This document shows, piece after piece, positions 49,701 to 61,499 of a DNA stretch of 64,000 nt (positions within the stretch are counted from its first letter, which is position 1; each line of letters begins with the position of its first letter). The notes beneath the pieces were generated by a model, which did no database searches, had not been told where the DNA came from, and saw nothing but the letters and a program-made list of their open reading frames with translations. The position numbers and the translations under genes are program-made. This DNA is from Chiloscyllium plagiosum (lineage: Eukaryota): positions 62,154,981 through 62,218,980 of the forward strand of contig NC_057718.1 of the NCBI RefSeq assembly GCF_004010195.1, given 5' to 3'.

Positions 49701-52692
49701 TTAGTCGAGAGTGTGGTGCTGGGAAGTCACTGCAGGCAAGAACCGAGGAGTTGGAGAATCGACATTTCGGGCATAAGCCTTTCATCAGGAATAAGGCTTG
49801 TGGGTCAAAGGGGCTGAGAGATTAATGGAAGGGAGGTGGGGTTGGGGGAAAGGTAGCTCAGAATGTGATAGGTTGGAGAGGACAGTGGAGCGGATAGATG
49901 GGAAAAGCAATGGACAGGTCAAGAGGGCAGTGCTGAGTTGGAGGCTTGGGACTGGGATGATGTGGGGGCAGGGTAATGAGGAAACTGGTGAAATCCACAT
50001 TGATCCCATGTGGTTGCACAGTCCCAAGCTGAAATATGAGGCATCCTTCCTCCAGGTGTCGGATGGTAAGGGTTTGGCGATGGAGGAGGCCCTTGATGTC
50101 TGCATGTCCTTGATGGAGTGGGAGGGGGAGTTGAAGTGTTCAGCCAAGGTGTGTTGGGGTTGGTGGTACTGGTTTCCCAGAGATATTCTCTGAAACGATC
50201 AGCAAGTAGGCGTCCAGTGTCCCCAATGTAGAGGTGACCACATTGGGTGCAACGGATACAGTAGATGACATTGGTGGAGGTATGGGTAAATTTCTGTCGG
50301 ATGTAGAAGGATCCTTTGGGGTCTTGGATGGAGGTGAGGGGGGGGATGTTTTGGGCACAGGTTTTGCATTTCCTGCAGTGGCAGGGGAAGGTGCCGGGAG
50401 TGGGGTGTGGGCTGATTTGGAGCATGGATCTTATGAGGGAGTCGCAGAGGGAATGGTCTCTCTGAAATGCTGATAGAGGTGGGGAGGGAAATATGTCCCT
50501 GGTGGTGGAGTCTGTTTGTAGGTGGCGGACGATGATGCGATGTTTACGGACGTTGGTGAGGTGGAAGGCGAGGACCAGAGGGGTTCCGTCCTTGTTGCGT
50601 TGGGAGGGGTGGGGTTCAAGGGCGGAGGTGCAGGAAGTGGAGGAGATGTGCTGGAGGGCATCATCGGCCACATGAGGGGAAATTGCGATCCCAGGAGGCC
50701 ATCTGTGATTTTCTAAGGTGGAAGTGTTCCTTCTGGGAATAGATGCAGCAGAGATGGAGGAATTGGGGATAAGAGATGGCGTTTTTACAGGAGGTTGGGT
50801 GGGAGGAGGTGTAGCTAGCTGTGGGAGTTGGTGGGTTTGTAGTAGATGTCCATGTTGAGTCGGTCGCCTGAGATGGAGCTGGAGAGATTCAGGAAGAGGA
50901 AGGAGATATCTGAGATGGTCCAGTTGAATTTGAGGTCGGGTAAAAGGTGTTAGTGAAGTTGATACATTGTTCGACCTCCTGGTGGTAGCATGAGGTGGCG
51001 CCGATACAGTCAGCGATATAGCAGAGAAAAAGGTGGGGGCTGGTGCCGGTGTAGGTGCAGAAGATGGACTGTTCCACGTACCCAACAAAGAGACAGGCAT
51101 AGCTGGGATCCATGCGGGTGCCCTTGGCTACCACTTTGGTTTGGAGGAAGTGGAAGGATTCAAAGGAGAAGTTGTTAAGGGTGAGATCCAGTTTAGCCAG
51201 GCAGATGAGGGTGTCTGGTTGAGACGGCATGAAAGGAAGAAACGGAAGACTTGGAGGCCTTCGTTGTGGCTGAAGGAATGTGTATAGGGACTGGAAGTCC
51301 ATGGTGAAGATAAGGCATAGGTGGCCAGGGAAATGAAAGTCTTAGAGGGGGTGAAAGGTGTGTGTGATGTCCCCAACATAGGTGGGGAGTTCTTGGTCTA
51401 AATGGGACAGGACGGTGTCAAGGTATGCAAGGATGAATTCTGTGGGACATGAGCAGGCCAAGAAATTGGGTCAACCTGGGAAGTCAAGTTTGTGAATCTT
51501 TGGTAGGAGGTAAAATCGATCGGTGTGGGGTAAGTGGACAATGAGATTGGAGGCTGTGGACGGGAGATCCCCAGAGGTGATGTGGTTGTGGAAGGTCTGG
51601 GAGATGATGGTGGTTTGGTGATGGGAGGTGAGGTCATGGTCGAGGGGGCAGTAGGAGGAGGTGTCTGTGAGTTGACGCCTGAATTCAGCGGTGTAGAGGT
51701 CACCTCTGCCCTTGAACCCCACCCCTCCCATTGCAACAAGGACAGAAATCCTTGGTCTTCATCTTCCACCCCACTAACCACCATATACATTGCATCATCC
51801 TTCACCACTTCCACCACCCACAAACAGACCCCACCACTAGGGACATATTTCCCTCCCAACCCCTATCAGTGTTCCAGAGAGACCATTCCTTCCATGACTC
51901 CCTTGTCAGATCCACGCCCCCAACTAGCCCACATCTCATTCCTGGCATCTTCCCCTGCTACCGCAGCAAGTGCAAAACCTGTGCCCACACCTCTCCCCTC
52001 ACTTCCGTCCAAGGCTCCAATGGATCCTTCCACATCCGACAGAAATTTATCTGTATCTCTACCAAAGTCATTTACTGCATCCTTTCCACCCGATGTGGTC
52101 ACCTCTACATTGGGGAGACAGGACGCCAACTTGCGGATCGTTTCAGAGGATATCTCTGGGACACCCGCACCAACCAACCCTACCATCCTGTGGCTGAACA
52201 CTTTAACTCCCTCTCCCACCCCGCCAAGGACATGCAGATCCTGGGCCTCCTCCATGGCCAAACCGTTACCACCCGACTCTTGGAGGAAGAATGCCTTATC
52301 TTCCACCTTGGGATCCTGCAACTACATGGGATCAATGTGGATTTCATCAGTTTCCTCATTTCTCCTGTCCCCACATTATCCCAGTCCCAAGCCTCCAACT
52401 CGGCACCGCCCTCTTGACCTGTCCATTGCCTTTCCCATCTATCTGCTCCACCCTCCTCTCTGACCTATCACCTTCTCCCCCATCTTCATCTACCTATCAT
52501 ATTCTGAGCTATCTTTCCCTCAACCCCACCCCCCTCCCATTTATCTCTCAGGCCCCCGACCCACAAGCCTCATGCCTGATGAACGGCTTATGCCTGAACC
52601 GTCGATTCTCCTGCTCCTCAGATGCTGCCAGACCTGCTGTGCTTTTCTAGCTTTTCGACTCTGATCTCCAGCATCTGCAGTCCTCACTTTTT
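49701..52692. mobile_element. Neptune-type PLE fold-back (2-kb minus arm, 1-kb plus arm)
   Basis: RT motifs, Cys-rich linker 'G.FPC...KCKTC' and GIY-YIG 'VIYCI.C..CG.LYIGETGR' on both arms. Inversion at ~51700. TSD CCTGAGGAAA (49691-49700 / 52693-52702). Confidence 0.92.
49757..49792 (-). ncRNA. Minimal hammerhead ribozyme motif, core intact
   Basis: Reverse complement ATTC-CTGATGA-A-AGGC-TTAT-GCCC-GAAA-TG-TC-GATT. Mutated partner at 52571-52606(+). Confidence 0.7.
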
Positions 52693-54255
52693 CCTGAGGA
52701 AACTACACAAGACAGGTGAAATTAACAAGACAGACCTCCAAAGACTGAAACCTGAAGAATCCAACGCACCCTGTTTCTACGGATTAACAAAGGTATGTAA
52801 ACAATGGGCCCCCTTCAGACCCATAGTCTCACTTCCTGGTACACTGACTTACAGGTTAGCAAAGAAACTGCAACACAAACTGAAACACCTACTAGAAGAC
52901 TCCATCCACTCCACCCAGGAATTCCTTAACATCATCAAAGATGCCAAGGTAGAGGACGATGAGGTCATGGTTTCCTTCAAAGTGACGGCCCTATTCACAT
53001 CAATAAATATCACCCTAGCCAAAGAAACACTGGCCTCACTGCTCGACGAATCAAGGACACAAACACCTGACAGCAACAACTCCATCAGCAATGACAGCAT
53101 CCTCAAACTAGGAGACCTGTGCCTTCCAATCCACTTCACCTTCAACGACAAGACCTGCAAACAAATCAATGGGACACCTATAGGATCATCAATATTGGGA
53201 CTTATAGCAGAAACAGTTATGCAGAGGTTAGAAGGAGCAGCCCTTCCCACGATGCAGTGGAAGCTTTTGGTCCGCTATGTGGATGACAACTTTGACATCA
53301 TGAAAAGCAACAAATTAGAAGAAACCCACAGATGCATAAAGAACATCCTTACTGGTATAAAGTTCTCCAAACAGGAAGGGAACAATAACAGACTCCCTAT
53401 CCTAGATGTCACAGTAGAATGAAAAGCCGGTGGAGAGCTGCAGACCAGCATTTACAGGAAAGCCACATACACACTGACCTACACATTCAACTACTGGAGC
53501 AATCATCCCAGTACCACATATACACTCAACCACAGGAGCAATCATCCCAACACCCACAAACCAAGCTGTATTAGGACATTATTTAAACGAGCCACAACAT
53601 ACTGAAGCACCCAGGAACTACAAGCCCAAGTAAAAACACCTATACAATGTATTCAGGAACAATGTGTACCCGATAAGCGCAGTCTGCCAATTCCTGCAGA
53701 CCTAAACAAGAAGACACAACACGCCCAGAGACTCTAGCCACCCTGCTGTACATCAAAGATATCTTGGAGATGACGACCAGCTACTCTGGTCCCTCGGCAT
53801 CTTGGTAGCCCACAAACCTACCACCACACTGAAACAGCTCCTGATAAATTAAAAGGAATCAACCAGCAGAATGAATGTTATATACAAGATACCCTGCAAG
53901 GACTGCAACAAACATTACATTGAACAAATGGGCAGGAAACTAGCCACAAGGATACATGAGCACCAACTAGCCACCAAAAGACAAGAGTAACTATCACTGG
54001 TATCCATACATACAGATGAAGAGGAACACCGGTATGACTGGGACAATACATCCATCCTGGGACAGGCTAAACAAAGACATGCACGGGAATTCCTAGAGGC
54101 CTGGCAATCAAACTGGAACTCCATTAACAAATATAAAATGTTGGACCCCATTTACCAAACTCTCAGAATCAGACCCAGAAATGATATCACCCACCACAAC
54201 AAACTGAGACAGATAAATAGCAAGCGGGACAGAACACCAGTGCTTCACCAGAGGC

Positions 54256-54294
54256 TCACTGATGTTACTCAGCATGGTGACGCAACGTCTGAGA
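54256..54294 (+). ncRNA. Degenerate hammerhead motif of the Poseidon-type PLE
   Basis: CTCA-CTGAT(..)GTTAC-TCAGCATG-GTGAC-GCAA-CG-TC-TGAG, stem I CTCA/TGAG. Partner at ~45911-45952(-). Confidence 0.55.
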
Positions 54295-54334
54295 ACAAAC
54301 CTACCTGCTCAGTGAACAAACTTACAACCTGATC

Positions 54335-56985
54335 CCTTTGTAATCTTAGAAAACCTCCTTCACTGTCTACTATGCCACCAATTTTCGCGTCATCTGCAAA
54401 CTTACTAACCATGCCTTCTATATTCTCATCCAAATTTTTATATAAATGACAGACAAAAGAGGAACCAGAACTGATCCCTGTGAAACACCACTGGTCACAG
54501 ACTTCTAGTCCGAAAAACAACCCTCCGTCATTACTTTTTGTCTCCTGCTGTTCAGCCAATTATGTATCCAATTGGCAAGCTCACCCTGAATCCCATGTGA
54601 TCTAACTTTGCTAATTAGTCTACCATACGGAACCTTGTCAAAGGCTTTAATAAAATTCAAATAAACAATGTCTGCCACTCTGTCGTCATCAATCTTTTTG
54701 GTAACCTCCTCAAAAAAACTCAGTCACATTTGTGAGGCACGATTTTCCTCACACAAAACCATGCTGACTATCCCTAATCAATCTTTGCTTCTCTAAATCT
54801 CCATAATTGTATCTTTTATAATTACCTCCAACAATTTATCCATATTCAAAGTCAAACTTACAGATTTATAGTTTTCTGGTTTCTCCTTACAGCCTTTCTT
54901 AAACATAGGTACAACATTAGTCACCCCTAAGTCATCAGGAACCTCACCTGTAGTTACAGATGATGCAAATATTTCTGCAAGGTGTCTCTTAATTTCCTCC
55001 CTTACTTCCCACAACATTCTGGGATACATTAGATCAGGTCCCAGCGATTTATCCATCTTTATGTTCTCTAAGACTGCCAGAACTTTCTCTTCTGTAATGT
55101 GAACTATTTTTAAACACGAAGTTTATTTCTTTGCATTGTCTAGCCTCCATTTCTTTGTCCACAGTAAAAACTGACATTTAATATCTCTCCTATCTCCTGG
55201 GGTTCAACAGAAACGTGACCTCCTTGATCTTTAAGAGGCTCTATCCTCCCTCTAGTTACCCTCTTGCTCTTAATGTATTTGTAGAATCTCTTAAGATTAA
55301 GGATAAGCTAATCTGCCAATACTGTCTCCTATCTCCTCTTTGCCCTCCTGAATTCTTTCCTAAGAATGCCCCTACAGTTTATTTTGATTAAGAGATTCAA
55401 TTAAACCAAATTGTCTCTATCTAAAACAGATTCTTTTATTCTTGACTAGAACTTAATATCTTTATTCATCCATTGTTCTTTAATCTTACCAGGACTTTTG
55501 CCCGAAACGTCGATTTTATTGCTCCACGGATGCTGCCTGAACTGCTGTGCTTTTCCAGCACCACTCTAATCTAAACTTTAGTCTTACCAGCCTTATCTTT
55601 CACTCCAACAGGAACATAATGCCTCTGAACTCTTAACCTCACACTTTTGAATGCCTCCCACTTGTCGGGCGTCCTTTAACCTGCAAACAGTCTACTCCAA
55701 TCAAGTTTTGAACGTTCTTGTCTCATGCCATTAAAATTTGCCTTACTCCAGTTAAAACCTTTAACTTTTATGGAAGACTTATCCTTTTCCATAACTATTT
55801 TGAAACTAATAGAATTATGATCGCTCTACCTGAGGTGTTACACCACTTTCACTTCAGTCATCTGCCCTGCCTTATTGCCCAAAATAAGGTCTAATTTTGC
55901 TCCTTCTCTAGTAGGAACATTCACATATTGATAAAGGCACATTAACATATTTGATAAATTCTTCAACATCCAAACCTTTAACACTATGGTAGCCCCAGCC
56001 AATGTTTGGAAAAGTAAAATCCCCCATTATTATAACCTTATGATGCTTACATATATCTGAGATCTCTCTCCATATTTGTTTCTCAATTTTCCTCTTACTA
56101 CTGGGGGCTACAGTGCAATCCCATCAAAGTGATCTTTCTTATTTGTAATTTCTACCCATATATTTTCACTGAACAGTTTTTCAGAAATATCTTCTTTAGT
56201 TACAGCAGTAACGTATACCTTAATTAAAAACATTGCATCCTCTCCACCCCACCACCACCTTCTTGCCTCCTTATCTATCCTTCCTATAGCATCTAAAACC
56301 TGGAACATTGAACTGCCACTCTTGTCCATCTCTCAGCCAAGTTATTTTTATAGCTATGACATCTCAATCCCATTTCTTATTCATGCCCTGAGTTCTTCAG
56401 CTTTACCTGTAAGATCCCTTGCATTGAAATAAATGCAATTTAGTTCTTCAGAATTACTATATACTCTGAGTCTCTCTTGTCTTTCTTTTCTAATTGACAT
56501 GCTCTCCTCACTTCAGAACCTTCCCTATCAATCCTTCCATTTACACTGCTACTTAGAGAGGGGGAGTGGAGGAATTCTCAGTATAAAGTCTCCCTTGAGG
56601 GATTGAACAAATCTCCCTGTTCAGATGTTGATCTCTTTCCAGTTTAGGTTAGATTCATCCTTTTGGACAGGTCTTTTCTATCCCAAAACCTGTTCCAATT
56701 GTGCAAACACCTGAATCCTTGAACAGCCATTGATTTATCTCCTTTCCTCGTTTGAGTTTGGCATTGGGAGTAAACCAAAAATTACCACTTTTAAGGTTCT
56801 ATTTTTTAATCTTCGACCTAACCTCTTCAGTTCACTCTGTACTGCTTTAATCTTTTCCCTAAAAATGTCATTCCTACCAATGTGTACAATAATTTCTGGC
56901 TTATCAATCTCCCTTTAACAACATGTTTAAAATGTTTAGAGAGGTCCTTAATCCTAGCACCAGGAAAGCAACAAACCATCCTAAA
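54335..56985 (-). mobile_element. CR1 LINE 5' part (RT, APE, ORF1 remnant)
   Basis: 'VSKFADDAKIGG', 'KSLGPDLMYPRMLWE', APE motifs; resumes exactly where 45847 stops. Confidence 0.9.
55493..55575 (+). mobile_element. 83-bp single-arm PLE terminus starting inside the hammerhead
   Basis: 'gacttttgcccgaaacgtcgatt...ccactctaatctaaa'; 15-bp TSD CTTTA[A/G]TCTTACCAG (55478-55492 / 55576-55590). Confidence 0.85.
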
Positions 56986-57279
56986 TTATGTTGGGACAGC
57001 AAGCCGAGAGAAGTTTCCCTGCTGAATTGGGGTTTGTTGGGATATTATGGTTGAAAGCAACCCTTCCCTGCCATGCTTCTTTTGTACAGCAAAGCAAAGC
57101 CAGTGTGTATATTCACAAGGGTCATGGTGAAAGATGAGTAAGATGAGATGAGGAGGGAATCCCACTGTGGTCAAAGAGGAGTTCACAACTGCACACACAT
57201 CCCTGTCACCAGCTAAAGCTAGGACCTTGAAGGAAAAACTGGACTTTATAATAGGTATGAATTCTGGCATTCTTTTCCT

Positions 57280-58300
57280 CATGATAAAATGGGGATTGTT
57301 TAAAGTCTCGCATCCTGAAAGATGATTTTAAACAGGTCCCTCTCTCTGCCGCCTCCTAGTCTTAAAACAAAACTGATCTGGTACGTTTGGCAAAGGTTTT
57401 GCTCAGGGAATTAGAGGAGGACCTAAGAAGGGTGCTGGGAGAAGTAGCTATTAATTTCTGTAAGATATTAAGGTATTAGTTAGTGTCAAACAGTCCCTCA
57501 CTGAAAATCCCAGTATATTTACAGAGGGCTTCATGGCTGCAAATGAAATACCTGTTCAAAGACTCAGAAGGGATGAATACTGTGATTCCATAAGTTAGGA
57601 GAGCCTCTTTCTGAAAGATGTAAGTAGTGCATTGGGAACTTAGAATAATAAAACGCTGGATCAGAATGAGTTGGTCCATTAAGCTAACACAACATGGAGA
57701 TAGGACCACAAAAGTATCTTCAAGTGTTCGGGAAAAGGGAAGGTAGGAATCATCAACAGCCCCTCACACAGCCAGAACGCTGGACAAAACAAGGGTATGC
57801 AAATTTGCTGTTTCCACTGCAATAAGCTGGGCCACAATGCCCATGATTACCATAGCAAACAGGATGGACAGCCTGAAGTGGATAGTAGGTTTTGCTTCCC
57901 ATCTCCTTCCCCCTCCAGTACATATGACGCCTGACCCAGATTAACAATGTTTTGAGATAACAGAAGTAGCAATAGAGGTAATGAAGACACGGTCATTGTC
58001 GCAGTAATGCAAACGCCTGAGATCACAAGCCAGAATCCATTATGATTCCTACCAGCCTCCCAGGGAGAGACGATGATGGATGAAGGGTGTAGAAGACCAT
58101 TAGTCCATACAGTTGATAGTAGAGGCCTTCAGCAATTAATGCTAGTCAAATCCAGTCCCCCACTACTATTATCTAGGGCCCCTGTCCTGACACAATGATA
58201 GGCTCAAATCAATACAGGAGTCCCTTGCCATCTAGTTGAATGTTGATAGGATTGCTGGGAAAAAGAGTCAAGCAAAAATTTGCAAACTGTAGGAAGTTGT
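57280..58300 (+). mobile_element. Degraded Gypsy-type gag(-protease) relic
   Basis: 57809-57850 encodes CFHCNKLGHNAHDY (CCHC knuckle, last Cys changed to Tyr). LTR-end/PBS-like 'tcatgata-aaatgggg' at ~57279-57294. VDS(R)G near 58112. Confidence 0.45.
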
Positions 58301-58729
58301 GACTGCTCTCTACAAAAAGAGACCAGATGACCTTGAACTTTACTGGAACAGTGTGAGGAAAAACAGTTTCCCCAGGGATCCAGTCATTCCAAATTCACTT
58401 TTCAATTTTAATCCTAAAAAAAGTTCTGTGCTGTGAAAGTTTGATTCCTAAAAGCATACAGGTAAGCTGAAGTTTGGCAGACATTCAATTTGAACTCAGA
58501 ATGTGCAAATTGTTTTAAGGAGAAAAAAGGGATAAACAAAAGAGGTAAAAGAAATATCTTGCTGTGTATGCATGCATTGTTCTTTTTTGAGATTTGTTCA
58601 TTCAAAAAGTACTAAAAAACGGTTTTAGGACGATTGGTATGTTTGAGCAAAGTCAAAAAAAGACAATGTTTATGAAAAAAACCCTTTGAAACCCAGGATT
58701 GTAGGATTGATGAATGAAGAGATTCTGGA

Positions 58730-59112
58730 TTGACTGGTTAGCACTGTATTCACTGGAGTTTAGAAGAATGAGGAGGTTCTCCTAGAAACCTATAAAAGTC
58801 TAATATGACTAAATAGGAATGATATTTCCGATAGCTGAGAAGTCCAGAACCAGGGGTCACAGTTCAATGATATGAAGTTGCTCATTTAGGACAGAGATGA
58901 GAAATTTTACTACCCAGGAAGTGGTGAGCTTGTTGAATTCTCTGTCACAGAAAGCAGTTAGGGTCAAAACATTAAGTATTCAAGAAGGTGTTAGATAAAG
59001 TTCTGAGGGCTAAAGGGATCAAAGGGTATGGGGATAAAGCGTATCCTGATTTGGATGATCAGTCATGGTCATATTGAATGGTGGAGCAGGTTCAAAAAGA
59101 CAAATAGCCTGT
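58730..59112 (+). mobile_element. CR1 3' fragment
   Basis: 'tattcactggagtttagaagaatgagg...agaaattttactacccag' is the CR1 end. Confidence 0.8.
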
Positions 59113-59129
59113 TTGAAAATACAGCAAGA

Positions 59130-60217
59130 AATTCAAAAGCTAGGAGAGTGCATCTGGTTTGTCCTGATATATATTGTCAGTCAGATCCCATGGTTGAGAA
59201 TGTTTGCTTTATGTTTAGAGGTCGGTTAATACGTGATATTAATACTTCTTGTAGCTTTTATATGTTATCTGCGATGTATACAATCAAGAAATTTGGGAAC
59301 CAAATATGTATCTTTGAAATAGGTTATTGAACAATTGTGATAAATCAATAAGGATATCTCCTTCTCAAAGGAAAGACTGTTGGAAATTGGAGTTCCCTTT
59401 AAAACTGATGTATCTTAATATTTCATGTTTAGTAGTTTTTGTGTAACGTAAGACATATTAACTGTGTTACAGTACCAACTACAAGCTACTATATAGCAAA
59501 CCGCGAGCAAATGAAAATGAAGTAAAGGTTTCTCAAATCATCAAGGTCATGAAGTTTAGTTGACTGATGTCAAAGATTTATCAGGCTAATGTTACCTAAG
59601 TATCAATGTGATGTTTACAAGAATAGATGTTTTGGTCTCAGAAGGAGTGACAACTAACCTTCAGTTGGAGGTGGGCAGGGGGACAGCAGTCATCCTGACA
59701 TCATAGGTAACAGCCCATGGTAATTGCCAAAATGGTTCAGACAGATGACACAGCATAGATTACCAGCCCCCAAACTATGATATATCAACAAAGGTGTGCG
59801 GGAAGTGAGAGACAGAAAGAGAGGATCCAGAGGAATGAGGCATCACCTTGGGGGAAGACCGGGAGCTCCACCCCGTTCCCTACCCCACATCAGTCTGAGG
59901 GAAGAACAAATACTGTAACCACTGAAGATGATTACCACAGATTGCAATATATCTGGGATGAACTCTTCACCACTTTAAACCATGGGGATCCACCACCTTT
60001 GCTCGTCTATTCTACAGAACAGCTTCAAGATAGGTGAAGAGTTTTAAATTGTTATTGATTGTGTATTTCATCTCTTTGTCTAATTAACTCCATATTATAT
60101 CTAAAATGCTGCTTCTTAACAGAATGTCTGAAAGTTGCTTACAAATTGTCAACTGCCTATATTAAGCGATGATGATTACAAGCTCCCCCAAAACCTAATA
60201 GTGGTAGGGGATCAACA
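59130..60217 (+). mobile_element. Probable endogenous retrovirus 3' end: env TM remnant, PPT, 840-bp LTR
   Basis: 'PWLRMFAL' then 'VILILLVAFICYLRCIQSRN' (hydrophobic anchor), purine tract AAAGGAAAGA at 59367-59376, then TGTTG (59378)...CAACA (60217). Confidence 0.55.
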
Positions 60218-60905
60218 GCTAGTGAGTTTTTAATGGGAAGAAACTCTTGTCTTACACAAGTTGTAGTTTACTGCATAATAGAAATTAGGCAAAAGTTAGT
60301 AGTAATGTTTATATGTGAAGATGTGTGGATATAGGTCTGCACTCCATGAAATCCTAAGACATTCTGCTTTGTTCCTATATGTTATCGTCAGATTGGGTGG
60401 AGCTTAATGCAGTATTCCACTTAACCCTTCAGAACCATTACCATGTAAAATGTCTTCTCCCACTTATTTTTCCCATAGTAAACATTTGTACATTTATGTC
60501 AAAGTTACATGTACCACTTGCCTATCTCCCCTACAACCCAGGACACTAACGTCATAAATTCAGGCAATCTAGAACTTTCACAATCATTCAGAACTAGAAG
60601 ATTGTTAGGTCACTGACTTGAGGATTGTTGACCTTGATTCTGATCTTTCAAAGTCTGCAGGTTGTGGTCATCATGATGTTCCTCATTGGGTTTTTCCTAA
60701 TCCATCATTGGTGAATGATTTCTCTGGAACAAAAAAGTTCCTGATGTTCTCTGTATAGCCCCCTTAGCAATATGGACAAGATATCCTTAGAACTGGCCTG
60801 CTGCCTCATAAATGACGATACTATTCCTGTTAAGATTCCGAATCCATACCTGTTATCTTGGGCCCAAGTGCAGCAACTGTCACATACAGTGACATCTGTT
60901 ATAGT

Positions 60906-61209
60906 GGGCGGCACAGTGGTTAGCACTGCTGCCTCACAGCGCCTGAGACCCAGGTCAATTCCCGCCTCAGGCGACTGACTGTGTGGAGTTTGCACATTCT
61001 CCCTGTGTCTGCGTGGGTTTCCTCCCACAATCCAAAGATGTGCAGGTCAGGTGAATTGGTCATGCTAAATTGTCCGTAGTGTTAGGTAATGGGTAAATAT
61101 AGGGGTATGGGTGGGTTGCGCTTCGGCGGGTCGGTGTGGACTTGTTGGGCCGAAGGGCCTGTTTCCACACTGTAATGTAATGTAATGTAATGTAATCTAA
61201 TCTAATCTA
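60906..61209 (+). mobile_element. HE1-type V-SINE
   Basis: tRNA head, V-domain, (TGTAA)5(TCTAA)3 tail; TSD ATAGT (60901-60905 / 61210-61214). Confidence 0.93.
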
Positions 61210-61499
61210 ATAGTGAGTAACCTCCTGATCCTATAAGACTGCTCTTTCTTACAAACATTCTTGGAGCACCATGGACTCAGCTGTGGAATTGAGTCTTCAA
61301 TTTTCTACTCTGTGAACTTTATTTGACACAATCACATCAGGGATCCCACGTGAATATTTCATGCAAGGTCCTGAAAACTGTCTCTGTGATTGTGGTATAT
61401 ACTTTATTTACTGTTATACACTGAGAAAAATAATCAACAGTAACAAAGTAAAACATCTGTCAAACATAAATAGGTCTGTTGCCCATTATTCAAAGTGGG

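Larger units (their letters stand above)
45848..54334. mobile_element. Penelope/Poseidon-type PLE with inverted segment, hosting two nested elements
   Basis: Minus arm 45848-~46595; plus-strand body 46600-46683 + 49453-49700 + 52693-54334. RT (FYGL.K..K...P.RPIVS, VSF.VTALFTSI, RYVDD) and GIY-YIG (NVIYKIPCKDCNKHYI). TSD CCTTTGTAAT (45838-45847 / 54335-54344). Confidence 0.88.
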
